From NCBI RefSeq assembly GCF_000012285.1, contig NC_007181.1, forward strand, positions 2,190,001 through 2,222,000: 32,000 nt of DNA, read 5' to 3'. Source of the DNA: Sulfolobus acidocaldarius DSM 639 (lineage in GTDB: Archaea; Thermoproteota; Thermoprotei_A; Sulfolobales; Sulfolobaceae). Each line of letters opens with the position of its first letter. The first letter of the stretch is position 1. The notes under the pieces are model-generated. The model was not told the origin of the DNA. It saw nothing but the letters and a program-made list of their open reading frames with translations, and ran no database searches. Shown piece after piece: positions 18,178-28,617 of this stretch. Made by a program: the position numbers and the translations under genes.

Positions 18178-18876
18178 TCATTTATTTAACCTCCTTATTC
18201 TTTCCTTTAGATCCTCTACGTTCTTTAGCGTAGATATTATTATGGTTATGTTGTCTCTCTCAGCTAACATCAGCGATAGTGGATCTATTCTCACGGGTCT
18301 ATGAAAAACAACTATGGATGGCTTAATAGGGGCAATTTTAAGTGCGATCATCGGTGATCTTCCAGTACTTACACTGGTGAAAATTACCACTCTACCTATC
18401 ATGAAATTAAGTAGTTGATAAAATTCAAGTCCCTTTAGGCTTGTTATTGCCTTTATACTATCTGTGATTAACCAGCCGAAGACACTGGTCTCAGGGATTG
18501 AGGAGTTGGGTAATATGCCATCGACTGCCATTACAATGTCGTCTATAGACACAGGAGAATTATAATCTCCTAAATCGTCTATGAAAGGAAGCATTAAGGT
18601 GTAACCTTTAATTAACTCGTTTATTACATTGTAACCTCTTTCAATATCTATATTAACAAGAGCTAAAACGAACCTTTTAACAAATTCAACTCCGGGTTTT
18701 CTTCGACCCTTCTCGTAATCGGCTATTACTGATTGGGATATACCTAGATATCTAGCCAACTCACCCTGAGAAACATGAAAAATATCTCTCCATTTTCTCA
18801 TTGAGGAACCTGGATTATCACTGAATCCAATATCCCCTACGATCCTCTTTGCCAACGATTCAATAATGTAGTCCAC
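18178..18876 (-). CDS. XRE-type helix-turn-helix transcriptional regulator with an uncharacterised C-terminal domain
   Basis: 232-aa ORF. SQGELARYLGISQSVIADYEKGRRKP is a classic HTH_3 motif. The C-terminal 150 aa or so could not be assigned. Confidence 0.7.
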   Translation of the reverse strand: MDYIIESLAKRIVGDIGFSDNPGSSMRKWRDIFHVSQGELARYLGISQSVIADYEKGRRKPGVEFVKRFVLALVNIDIERGYNVINELIKGYTLMLPFIDDLGDYNSPVSIDDIVMAVDGILPNSSIPETSVFGWLITDSIKAITSLKGLEFYQLLNFMIGRVVIFTSVSTGRSPMIALKIAPIKPSIVVFHRPVRIDPLSLMLAERDNITIIISTLKNVEDLKERIRRLNK

Positions 18877-18912
18877 AGAAAAATCTATTAATTATGTGAA
18901 AAATAAATTAGT

Positions 18913-18988
18913 GGGGCCCGTGGTCTAGCTAGGATTAGGATGCGGCGTTCGGGTCGCCGTGGTCCCGGGTTCAAATCCCGGCGGGCCC
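18913..18988 (+). tRNA. tRNA-Pro (anticodon CGG)
   Basis: Hand-folded cloverleaf: acceptor GGGCCCG/CGGGCCC; D stem GTCT/GGAT (two G-U pairs); anticodon stem CGGCG/CGCCG with loop TTCGGGT; variable loop TGGTC; T arm CCGGG-TTCAAAT-CCCGG; discriminator A. There is no intron and no encoded CCA. Confidence 0.9.
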
Positions 18989-19015
18989 AAACTACAAAGT
19001 CTTAAGTTGATTTTT

Positions 19016-19033
19016 GAACCGTCAAGTGACGGT
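19016..19033. other. Perfect 8+8 palindrome AACCGTCA-AG-TGACGGTT
   Basis: Read directly from the sequence. It lies 28 nt after tRNA-Pro and 137 nt beyond the nac stop, and is followed by further TGAC repeats (TGACGGTTGACGATTCTGACAG). Confidence 0.5.
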
Positions 19034-19169
19034 TGACGATTCTGACAGTTGTAACTAGTTGGATTAGATTTTAGAAAATTTTAGAATTATATGTAAGAAT
19101 GAGCTTCAAGGAATAAACAAAAACTAAAGAGATACTAACCAAATATTAAACGGGCAAATACTAAAATAA

Positions 19170-19520
19170 CTACTTGTTTTCTCCCTCAGTTAACGCAAGG
19201 ATGGCTTTTGCTATATCTCCATTAGATTTCTCCAGTGCTTCCCTAGCCTCCTTCTCACTCTTACCTGTCTGCTCCATTATGAACTTCACGTCCTCCTCCT
19301 TAATCTCAACCTTTTGCTGTTGTTTACTCTCTTCTCTGGCACTCCCCATTACACTAAATACTTCCTGTCCTTGAGCTAACATCTTAACTACTACAGGGTT
19401 ATCTATAACTAGTATCTTATCCTGGAGTTCTATTGTAACCTTTACTGCATTCAATTGCTCGGTTTTCAACCCAAGCATTCTCTCTAAGTCCTTCATCTGC
19501 TTAGGATTGAATTTTGGCAC
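19170..19520 (-). CDS. nac: Nascent polypeptide-associated complex protein (archaeal NAC alpha, with C-terminal UBA domain)
   Basis: 116-aa ORF with N-terminal NPKQMKDLERMLG, a central NAC beta-barrel region and a C-terminal UBA-like EKEAREALEKSNGDIAKAIL. The start codon is GTG. Confidence 0.88.
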   Translation of the reverse strand: MPKFNPKQMKDLERMLGLKTEQLNAVKVTIELQDKILVIDNPVVVKMLAQGQEVFSVMGSAREESKQQQKVEIKEEDVKFIMEQTGKSEKEAREALEKSNGDIAKAILALTEGENK

Positions 19521-19551
19521 ATAATATATTACTTAACTCAAACTTAATAGT

Positions 19552-20835
19552 TTGGCGGTTGAATTAATGCCTATGGATTCAGTGAAGATACTGGGCGGAG
19601 GAAGAGAAGTAGGGAGGGCAGCCATTGAAGTAAGTAAAGGGGACTCAGCCATAATTTTAGATTACGGTGTAAACTTTGATCAGAACGATAATCCTAACCT
19701 CCCTTTGCAGGAAACGCCAAATAGAGTAAAAGGTTTCGTAGTCTCACATTCACATCTTGATCACGTCGGGTCTTTGCCCCTATACCAAATATCGGGCAGT
19801 TATCCAGTGTTTGGAACCATGATGACCAAATTGATCACAGAGTTAATGTTAAAGGACTTCCTCAAACTTTCTGGTGCTAGACTTCCCTTTGAATGGATGG
19901 AAGTAAAGAGAACAATGGATAATTTCAGGACAGTGAACTATTACCAGGAATTTGAGATAGACACTTTTAAGGTGGAACTCGGAAACGCTGGTCATATTCC
20001 GGGAAGTTCCATGATCAAGGTGAAAACAGATAAACATAACATTGTTTACACAGGAGACACAAATGTCATTAACACGAAGTTAGTAGGTCCAGCAGATCTC
20101 AACTTCCTATCAGATGCAGATGTGCTTGTAATCGAGAGCACTTATGGAAAATACAACCACCCGAAGAGGGAAGAAGTGGAGGAGGAGTTTTATAATTCTG
20201 TTAGGGAGGTAGTTGAAGGAGGAGGGGTTGTGCTTGTACCATCATTTAGTCTAGCAAGGAGCCAAGAAATTTTAGCTCTATTAGCAGATAAGAAATTCGA
20301 TTACCCCGTTTATTATGACGGCATGGTTAAGGAAATAACCGAGTTGATGATACAGAACCCTGAGTTTATCAATAATTATGACGCTTTAAAGAGAGCACAT
20401 AAATTCTACCGTTATGTAAATGGGTGGAATGATAGGAACAAGGCAATAAAGGGTGAAGGTGCAATAGTGAGTAGTGCAGGCATGTTGAAGGGTGGTCCAG
20501 CAGTCTACTACTTCAAGAAGATAGCTGAAAGTCCTAGAAATGGGGTATTCTTAGTGAGTTATCAGGCTGAGAACACTCCCGGAAGAAGGTTATTGGAGAC
20601 AGGAAAGTTTGATGAATATTCCCCCATGCTCAAGGCGAGGTTCCAGATCTTTGATTTCTCAAGCCATGCCGGTAAATCCCAATTGTTGGAGATGATTAAA
20701 AGTTCGAAGAAATTAGAGAAAGTTATCCTAGTTCATGGAGACCCCTCTAGCAGTTCAGCACTTGCAAACGAAATAAAGGAGAAGATAGGTGTTGATGTAG
20801 AAGTACCGGAAAACGGTAAGGAGATTAACCTATGA
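19552..20835 (+). CDS. Beta-CASP / metallo-beta-lactamase RNase, archaeal aCPSF2 type (5'-3' exoribonuclease)
   Basis: Carries the MBL motif HSHLDHVG and is about 420 aa without N-terminal KH domains, which fits the aCPSF2 group. The track start is TTG at 19552. The in-frame ATG at 19567 ([12 protein letters not shown]) is the more probable start. Confidence 0.85.
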   Translation: MAVELMPMDSVKILGGGREVGRAAIEVSKGDSAIILDYGVNFDQNDNPNLPLQETPNRVKGFVVSHSHLDHVGSLPLYQISGSYPVFGTMMTKLITELMLKDFLKLSGARLPFEWMEVKRTMDNFRTVNYYQEFEIDTFKVELGNAGHIPGSSMIKVKTDKHNIVYTGDTNVINTKLVGPADLNFLSDADVLVIESTYGKYNHPKREEVEEEFYNSVREVVEGGGVVLVPSFSLARSQEILALLADKKFDYPVYYDGMVKEITELMIQNPEFINNYDALKRAHKFYRYVNGWNDRNKAIKGEGAIVSSAGMLKGGPAVYYFKKIAESPRNGVFLVSYQAENTPGRRLLETGKFDEYSPMLKARFQIFDFSSHAGKSQLLEMIKSSKKLEKVILVHGDPSSSSALANEIKEKIGVDVEVPENGKEINL

Positions 20836-21995
20836 TAATTCTTCTAATTCATGCCTCAAAATTCTCTTTTTCAATAAAAGACAAGGCGATAAGAGAACCT
20901 GAGGAGCCTACAATTCCCTCATTAGAAAAGGAAAATGTATTGGTGGCTTTCACAACAGTTGAAAAAGGTGATGACGAGAAAATAATAGAGAGGGCAGTAA
21001 AAGAAATAGGTAAAGTCTTTAGTGACGTAAAGGCTTCTAGTATAATTATTTACCCATATGCCCATTTATCTGATAACCTGGAGAAACCAGACATAGCTAT
21101 AAAAATACTGAGACAGCTAGAAGAGGAGACAAAGAAAGTCACCATGGAAGTGAGTAGGGCACCTTTTGGTTGGTATAAGCAATTTTACATTAACTGTTAC
21201 GGTCATCCGTTAAGTGAATTAAGTAAGAGAATAAGACATGAAGAGGATTATGAGAAAAGCGAGGAGATAAAGGTTTGTGAAAAATTTGGCTTTCCGAGCT
21301 CTCCACATAGTGTATTTATGAGAAATGCTACCATTGAATACTTAAAGAATCTGGTTAAACCTAATTTTATAACTGAAGGAGATGGAATTCCTGAGGAAGG
21401 AGAGTTCAGGATAATTTACTCTTCCACTCAAGGACGAAGATTACCTTGTGTAAATGAGGAGCCAAAGATTAAGGTAAGGATAAAAAACGGGGTAGATGGT
21501 ATAATAGAAAAATTTGAGGACTCAAAGAACTCATATGTTATAGTAAACAGGACTAAGGATTATGTGGAGATAGATGTTAATTTACTAACCTACTATTTCC
21601 TCTATAACGCTAGTACTAAGGCTCCACCTATGTTGCCTTTATGGATGAACCCAATCCAAGTGAGAATCTTGCCTGTTAAAAGTGATTACCTACAGGACGC
21701 ATTCAAGATAGCTAGCTACATTAAAGCGAGGGTAGATGTTGACGACATAAATGATAACCTTGGCTCAAAAATAGCCAGAGCTGGAAAGGAATGGATACCC
21801 TTCGTAGTTCTACTTGGGGAGAGGGAAGTTAAGACAGGTTCGTTAACAATAAAGCTAAGGGAAAAGAATGAACAGAGAAGTTACACCATAGATGAGTTAA
21901 ATGAGGAGATAAAGAGGGGAGATCCATTAATGTTGCCATCTACACTGCCATTGCAACTCTCGAAGAGAAGTAAGAAAAACGTTACTCTACAGTAA
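20832..21995 (+). CDS. Freestanding threonyl-tRNA synthetase editing subunit (ThrRS-ed: archaeal editing domain plus anticodon-binding domain, no catalytic core)
   Basis: 387-aa ORF. The N-terminal roughly 140 aa look like the archaeal ThrRS/DTD-like editing domain ([17 protein letters not shown]). The C-terminal PIQVRILPV...[17 protein letters not shown] is a class II anticodon-binding domain. No class II synthetase motifs lie between them. Its start overlaps the upstream RNase stop (ATGA). Confidence 0.8.
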   Translation: MIILLIHASKFSFSIKDKAIREPEEPTIPSLEKENVLVAFTTVEKGDDEKIIERAVKEIGKVFSDVKASSIIIYPYAHLSDNLEKPDIAIKILRQLEEETKKVTMEVSRAPFGWYKQFYINCYGHPLSELSKRIRHEEDYEKSEEIKVCEKFGFPSSPHSVFMRNATIEYLKNLVKPNFITEGDGIPEEGEFRIIYSSTQGRRLPCVNEEPKIKVRIKNGVDGIIEKFEDSKNSYVIVNRTKDYVEIDVNLLTYYFLYNASTKAPPMLPLWMNPIQVRILPVKSDYLQDAFKIASYIKARVDVDDINDNLGSKIARAGKEWIPFVVLLGEREVKTGSLTIKLREKNEQRSYTIDELNEEIKRGDPLMLPSTLPLQLSKRSKKNVTLQ

Positions 21996-21996
21996 C
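21981..21996. terminator. Hairpin GTTACT-CTAC-AGTAAC spanning both stop codons of the convergent thrS-ed and glmS genes; candidate bidirectional terminator
   Basis: The 6-bp inverted repeat contains TTA (the glmS stop on the minus strand, 21982-21984) in the left arm and TAA (the thrS-ed stop, 21993-21995) in the right arm. It is flanked by A5 on the left and T4 on the right, so each transcript sees the hairpin followed by an oligo-T run. Confidence 0.4.
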
Positions 21997-23754
21997 AGTT
22001 TTAGCTAAATTTCTAGGTTTATCTGGATTTAGTCCTTTACTTACAGAGGCATAATATGCAATTAACTGAAGTACAACTGAAATTGATAGAGCAGGAAATT
22101 GAATAGAGTCCAAATATATTTCGACATCACTTTCACTTATTTTCTTGTTTGCACTAATCACATAGGCTTTCGCGCCTCTAGCTTTCATCTCTATAACGTT
22201 ATTTCTAAGCAGATCAGTGATTTCACCATCGTTTATTGCCACAATTGGAAAGCCTTTATCTACTAGTGATATGGGACCATGTTTACTCTCACCTGCAGGA
22301 TATGCCTCAGCATGAACATACGCGACTTCCTTTATTTTCAGTGCCCCTTCCATAGCTAATGGTAAAGACATTCCTCTACCTAAGTAGTATATACTAGTCT
22401 TCTTGGATAACTCCTCTCCGATAAGTTTTGCATAACCCTCTACGCTAGATATAACCCTTTCAACCTCCGTGTCTGCTCCCCTGAATTTATTAGTATTGTC
22501 CCTCCTTAATCTAGAGTATATAAAGAGGAGAGAAATCAGCTGTGTTATAAATGTCTTCGTTGCAGCTACACTTATCTCAGGACCTGCCCTCATATAGATT
22601 TTGTAATTACTTTCTCTCGCTAAAGCACTTTCTATAACATTAGTTAGAGATACTATTCTAGCTCCTTCCTCTTTAAACTTTCTAACTGCCTGAAGTAGAT
22701 CTAAAGTTTCTCCGCTCTGACTAATAGCAAATATTAAGTCATCCTTCTTAGCCTTGAAATTATAATACTCTGAGGCTATCAACGGAAAACTATTCATTCC
22801 TTCCCTACTCAATAAGAGGGAAAAATACAATCCTGCGTGATAACTCGTACCAGCGCCTACTACTACAATCCTTCCTGAACTCTTCATTTCTGCTATAATT
22901 TTGTCTATTAAGTCGAGGTCAGAAATTAGACTGTCTACTGTATCTCTGATTGATTTTGGTGATTCGTGTATTTCCTTAATCATGAAATGTGGATATCCTT
23001 CTTTAGAGGCAGTTTCCACATCCCAGTCAATGACCCTTACTCTATCTGATAGATCCACCGGATTACCGTCCTTGTCTTCTATAAAGACATTAGATGTTGT
23101 GATAAAACCGAGTTCTCCATCCTTGATAACTAAAATCCTCTTTGTGTATGAGAGAAAAGCAGGAATGTCACTGGCTATATAATTTTCCTTCTCTCCAAGA
23201 CCAATAACTAATGGATTGTCCCTCTTGGCAAAGAATATTCTCTTTTCTCCATGAATAACAGCTAAAACTGCATAACTTCCCTCTAAAGTCTTAATTGAAT
23301 TCCTGAACGCACTATAAGCATCCATACCTCTTTTCATGAATTCCTCAATTAAGTGGGGAATTATTTCTGTATCCGTATCACTTTTGAATACATGTCCTAG
23401 TGTCTGAAGCTCTTCTCTCAATTCCTTATAATTCTTTATTGTACCATTATGGATTACAGCTATCTTACCTGAACAGTCTACATGAGGATGAGCGTTATAG
23501 TCTGTAGGAGGACCGTGGGTCGCCCATCTCGTGTGACCTAAAAATATGTAACCAGACATCTCACTGACTTTCTTTTTACTAATGACCTCCTCTACAGTTC
23601 CCTTAGCCTTCCTTACCTCCAGCTTATTATTATCAAGCGACGCAACGCCTACACTGTCATATCCTCTATACTCCAGTCTCTTTAATGCGGAGATAACTTT
23701 GTCAGCGATCTTCTTATCTTCCTTTGAGGATACTATTCCGATTATTCCGCACAC
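21982..23754 (-). CDS. glmS: Glutamine--fructose-6-phosphate aminotransferase (isomerising)
   Basis: 590-aa ORF. The N-terminus MCGIIGIV carries the Ntn amidotransferase Cys2. Two SIS domains follow, and the C-terminus ends ...[12 protein letters not shown], the typical GlmS end. Confidence 0.95.
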   Translation of the reverse strand: MCGIIGIVSSKEDKKIADKVISALKRLEYRGYDSVGVASLDNNKLEVRKAKGTVEEVISKKKVSEMSGYIFLGHTRWATHGPPTDYNAHPHVDCSGKIAVIHNGTIKNYKELREELQTLGHVFKSDTDTEIIPHLIEEFMKRGMDAYSAFRNSIKTLEGSYAVLAVIHGEKRIFFAKRDNPLVIGLGEKENYIASDIPAFLSYTKRILVIKDGELGFITTSNVFIEDKDGNPVDLSDRVRVIDWDVETASKEGYPHFMIKEIHESPKSIRDTVDSLISDLDLIDKIIAEMKSSGRIVVVGAGTSYHAGLYFSLLLSREGMNSFPLIASEYYNFKAKKDDLIFAISQSGETLDLLQAVRKFKEEGARIVSLTNVIESALARESNYKIYMRAGPEISVAATKTFITQLISLLFIYSRLRRDNTNKFRGADTEVERVISSVEGYAKLIGEELSKKTSIYYLGRGMSLPLAMEGALKIKEVAYVHAEAYPAGESKHGPISLVDKGFPIVAINDGEITDLLRNNVIEMKARGAKAYVISANKKISESDVEIYLDSIQFPALSISVVLQLIAYYASVSKGLNPDKPRNLAKTVTVE

Positions 23755-23776
23755 AAGAATTTCTCTACGCTAACTA

Positions 23777-24721
23777 CTAAATTAACTTTATCATAACTCC
23801 ATTGAACGAGGGATTGGCGTTTATCAGTTTTCCTCCCATGGCTTTGATCAGAAATTCCGCTTGCTCACTCTTAGTACAGACCACAGCTCCTCCTCCACCA
23901 CCACCACTGACCTTACACCCTTTAACACCTGCTATCCTTGCAGTTGAGACAATTTGATCTATTACGGGGACAGTAATGCCTATTGAAAACAGAAGACCAT
24001 GGTTAATGTACATTAATTCTCCCAATTCGTCTTCATCGTTCTTAGCAATAGCATTTTTTGCCTCAGTGGTAACTTGCTCTATCACATTTAATACAGATTC
24101 GAATAACTGGGGTTTGGATTCCTTGAGTTTTTTAACTCTCTTTAACATGTCTGCAGTGGTTGCTATTCTCCTAAAATAGCCTGAGGAAAAGTTCATGTTT
24201 GCATCTAATTTCTCAACTTCTTTACCCCCTTTCTTAACTAGGATAAACCCGCCAAAAGTCTCTGTATGTGTGTCCATAATGCTAGCCAATCCTTGAACCC
24301 TTAACTCGATCTCATGAGATATTTTAGCTATTTGCTCTCTAGATAGTTTATGACCTAAAAGCGTGGAGTAGGCAGAGACCATACCTACTACTACACCTGC
24401 GCTAGTGCCTAACCCAACAGATGGATCCACTGGTGACTCAATATCAATACTGACTTTTTTCTCTGCACCAAAGTAATTTATAGTCTCAGTTATGTAAGCT
24501 AAAACTCTCTTCACGTTCTCGTTTTCCACTTTATATTCATGCAGATCAACTTTGACACCAGTGAGTTCTAAAGTGTTCGATGTAACATAAAACCTTTCAC
24601 TTTCTTTAATTCTTATCTTCAAATATTCTGATATAGTATACGCTATAGCAGGTCTACCATAAACTACAGCATGCTCTCCAAATAAGGTCAATTTGAGAGG
24701 AACCGATGCTTCAACTATCAT
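23777..24721 (-). CDS. mvk: Mevalonate kinase (GHMP kinase family)
   Basis: 314-aa ORF with N-terminal PLKLTLFGEHAVVYG, the GHMP motif GLGTSAGV, and C-terminal KVSGGGGGG. Confidence 0.8.
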   Translation of the reverse strand: MIVEASVPLKLTLFGEHAVVYGRPAIAYTISEYLKIRIKESERFYVTSNTLELTGVKVDLHEYKVENENVKRVLAYITETINYFGAEKKVSIDIESPVDPSVGLGTSAGVVVGMVSAYSTLLGHKLSREQIAKISHEIELRVQGLASIMDTHTETFGGFILVKKGGKEVEKLDANMNFSSGYFRRIATTADMLKRVKKLKESKPQLFESVLNVIEQVTTEAKNAIAKNDEDELGELMYINHGLLFSIGITVPVIDQIVSTARIAGVKGCKVSGGGGGGAVVCTKSEQAEFLIKAMGGKLINANPSFNGVMIKLI

Positions 24722-24733
24722 TATTTAACCGTA

Positions 24734-25819
24734 ATGAGATTTACTCATATGCAAGCTATAATTCTTGCCGGTGGCAAAGGTGAAGGGTTGCTACCATATA
24801 CTGAGAGAGTGCAAAAGGAAACCATTAATATACTTGGTAAAATGATCCTTTCCTATTCTATTTCAGGCTTGAAAAAAGCGGGAATAAATGATTTCGTTGT
24901 GGTGACTACTGATCGAGGTAAAAAGTTAATTGAAGATGAACTAGAAAAACTAAACGTGAGCTTTGAAGTAATAAATCAACATAGGGAAGGTATCAGTGGA
25001 GCTATAAAGGATGGATTAGAAAAATCAGATGACGATAATATAGTAATAGCTTTTGGAGATATTGTTGCACCAGAAGAATTTTACGTGAATCTAGTTAATG
25101 CGTTTTCCGTTTCAGGTTCCGAGATAGTTATACCGCTAGTACCTGTGAGTAAAGGAATCCAAACCTATGGACTAGCAAAGATAACCACTGAGGGATTAGA
25201 AGTAGTAAAAGAGGGATCAACTTTAGCTCTTGCAGGAGCATACATAATAAAGAATGAGACATTTGAGGATTTCATAGATTACCTTAATCAACGCAAAAGT
25301 AAGATAAAGTACTTTATATGGAGTGGGGATTGGTTTGACATAGGTTACCCTGAAGATATTATCGGTGCTTTGGAAGCCCTATTAAGCAAGCACGAAACTG
25401 TTATATCAAGCTCTAGTGAGATATCAAAAACAGCTATTATAGGAAAGAAGGTTATAATCGATAATAACGCAGTTATAGATGATTATGCTGTTGTTAAGGG
25501 ACCAGCTTACATTGGTGAGAACGCATACATAGGGAACTTTTCACTTGTGAGAGATTACAGCTCGGTGGAGAGAGGTGCAAAAGTAGGAGCCTACTGTGAG
25601 ATAGTTCATTCCTCGATACAACCTGGAGCTGAAATAGGTTCAAAGAGTTACCTTACATACAGTATAATAGGGAGTAATTCTAAGATAGGATCCAATGTTA
25701 TAATGTCAAGCTACCCAGCGAATGTAATAAGAGGGAGAGTTGAAAAGTTAGGTGCTTTAGTATCACCTGATAAGGAGGTTGAGCACGGTAGCATACTACG
25801 ACCTGGAACTAAAATTTAA
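24734..25819 (+). CDS. Sugar-1-phosphate nucleotidyltransferase with a C-terminal left-handed beta-helix (GlmU / ST0452-like)
   Basis: Carries the AIILAGGKGEGL nucleotidyltransferase signature, with hexapeptide repeats in the C-terminal third (IGENAYIGNFSLV, VGAYCEIV, IGSKSYL, IGSNVI). The signature normally sits at the extreme N-terminus, so the ATG at 24749 (MQAIILAGGKG) may be the real start. Confidence 0.8.
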   Translation: MRFTHMQAIILAGGKGEGLLPYTERVQKETINILGKMILSYSISGLKKAGINDFVVVTTDRGKKLIEDELEKLNVSFEVINQHREGISGAIKDGLEKSDDDNIVIAFGDIVAPEEFYVNLVNAFSVSGSEIVIPLVPVSKGIQTYGLAKITTEGLEVVKEGSTLALAGAYIIKNETFEDFIDYLNQRKSKIKYFIWSGDWFDIGYPEDIIGALEALLSKHETVISSSSEISKTAIIGKKVIIDNNAVIDDYAVVKGPAYIGENAYIGNFSLVRDYSSVERGAKVGAYCEIVHSSIQPGAEIGSKSYLTYSIIGSNSKIGSNVIMSSYPANVIRGRVEKLGALVSPDKEVEHGSILRPGTKI

Positions 25820-25837
25820 ACAACTGTAGACCAAAAA

Positions 25838-26185
25838 TCATAACACGTCTGTTATTATTCCCATCCATCTACCTTCTTCATAAAGCATATATTCAACTTC
25901 TAATGTTAGTCTTTTCTCTCCGTGTTTTGTCTTTACTTTGATGGGATAAATGAAGTAATAAACGTCTCCTTCAACTTCCTTTTTAGCTCTCTCCGGAAAT
26001 TCAATCTCGTACCCATAAGATAGTGCTACTTGTTCTAGTTTAGAAGTCAGCCTAGCCAGTATATCCTTTAGGGACTCACCGTATATCGGTTCCATAGAAA
26101 GCGACTTTAATTCTTTCTTAAAGGCTATTATACTCTCTCTACTTACCCTCTTCTTCCTTGTTTTTTGTTGTTTATTCTTCTCCAC
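25838..26185 (-). CDS. Hypothetical protein with a lysine/arginine-rich N-terminus
   Basis: 115-aa ORF with genome-typical codon usage and no recognisable motif. Confidence 0.5.
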   Translation of the reverse strand: MEKNKQQKTRKKRVSRESIIAFKKELKSLSMEPIYGESLKDILARLTSKLEQVALSYGYEIEFPERAKKEVEGDVYYFIYPIKVKTKHGEKRLTLEVEYMLYEEGRWMGIITDVL

Positions 26186-26323
26186 ACTTAATTCATCAAA
26201 AATAATCGTTTAAAAAGGTAATCGCAAAATGTTTCTAATCAGTTTTACCTAATAGATTAAATCTGATTATTTTCTAGATAAAATTAGATATTTTGTTATT
26301 ACTTATTATGTGTTAGATTTATG

Positions 26324-27106
26324 TTAGAAATATGATAATTTCTTTTTCATCTGATCCACTAATTCATTTAGTTGCGATGCTAATTCAGGATCAGGGTTTC
26401 TAATGGAATTTAATGTATTACTTATTCCATTCGAGAGTAACGACCTATCAAAATAGAGGGATCTTGAAGCTAAAAGATAGAGTAGTTTTATCTTTTCAGA
26501 CTCCACAAATTCATCAAACTTATTTTCCAATATCATAGCCTTTAATGCCTTGCCCCTTGAAACAGTCTTAATCCAACTCTTACTACTCTTTAATTTCTCC
26601 ATGAACTCACTATCATATGCTATATCCTCTAGTATGTCCTTAATATCTAAGCTAATCTCTGCCTTCCTCTTATCTACTAAATCGATAATCATGTCCTTGA
26701 GTAGACTATAATTAACTCCCAACTCTTCCTTTTCTGGATAGATAGTTAAACCTAATGATGTAGCCTCCTTTTTTATCTCTGAAAATACGTTATCAATATC
26801 CTGCGAAATTACCCTAGAGTTTAAAGGTAGACCTGTAAGTGACGAGGAAACGGCGTGAAGTATATGAACATCTAATGTAACAAAAAGGGAGATAACCTTG
26901 TCTATCATTTCAGGTTGTGATCTCTGTAACCAAGCCAAAAATGGCTTTCTCACGTACTTCCTAGGCCATGAGTCTAATTCATATAAAATTGGTGATTTTG
27001 CATATGATATACTTACGTAATATCCTCCGTTAATCCTCTTATATGCTTGTATAACTAAATCTCTATCAATACCTGAATTAACAGCTAATGTGATAAAATC
27101 CAACAC
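26324..27106 (-). CDS. Hypothetical protein, predominantly alpha-helical
   Basis: 260-aa ORF with no recognisable motif. It has the same orientation as the Asd-family reductase upstream. Confidence 0.55.
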   Translation of the reverse strand: MLDFITLAVNSGIDRDLVIQAYKRINGGYYVSISYAKSPILYELDSWPRKYVRKPFLAWLQRSQPEMIDKVISLFVTLDVHILHAVSSSLTGLPLNSRVISQDIDNVFSEIKKEATSLGLTIYPEKEELGVNYSLLKDMIIDLVDKRKAEISLDIKDILEDIAYDSEFMEKLKSSKSWIKTVSRGKALKAMILENKFDEFVESEKIKLLYLLASRSLYFDRSLLSNGISNTLNSIRNPDPELASQLNELVDQMKKKLSYF

Positions 27107-27233
27107 TTATCTACCTCAGACCTGGCCACTTTCTTCATTAAATCAGAAAAGAATGTGCTCATCAACATATAAAAGGATTCATATATCCAATAAAAAATTA
27201 TTACTACTTTGATTTGAGGTATATAAGACGAAA

Positions 27234-28313
<1,080 letters not shown>

Positions 28314-28320
28314 TTAATAT

Positions 28321-28328
28321 AATATAAA
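28321..28328 (-). promoter_or_regulatory. TATA-like box for a leaderless mcr transcript
   Basis: The minus strand reads TTTATATT, centred about 26 nt upstream of the ATG at 28298. Confidence 0.4.
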
Positions 28329-28617
28329 CTTTTTGAACAATGCTGACATATAGAGTGATTAATTAACGTATTATAATGATAAATTACAATAATGATAAAC
28401 TTATTAGAAAATTTATAAAATATTTAGAGAAATAAAGTGGAGGTATTTGAAATCTGTTGAGATATCTCATGTTAATTCTTGATATAGATTATTGTGTTTA
28501 TGCTGTATGTTCAGTAAAATTAGGGATAGTTCAAGATATATCTCTACCTCTAGAAATTAGATTCAATCATTAAGACAAATGAGAGATAATGCATTAACAA
28601 TAAAATATAATTAGAAA

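Noticed and set aside
19067-19085. Tandem ATTTTAGAA-A-ATTTTAGAA
   Set aside because: It is only two copies of a 9-mer in AT-rich spacer DNA. It is probably just part of the T-rich 3' region of nac on the opposite strand.
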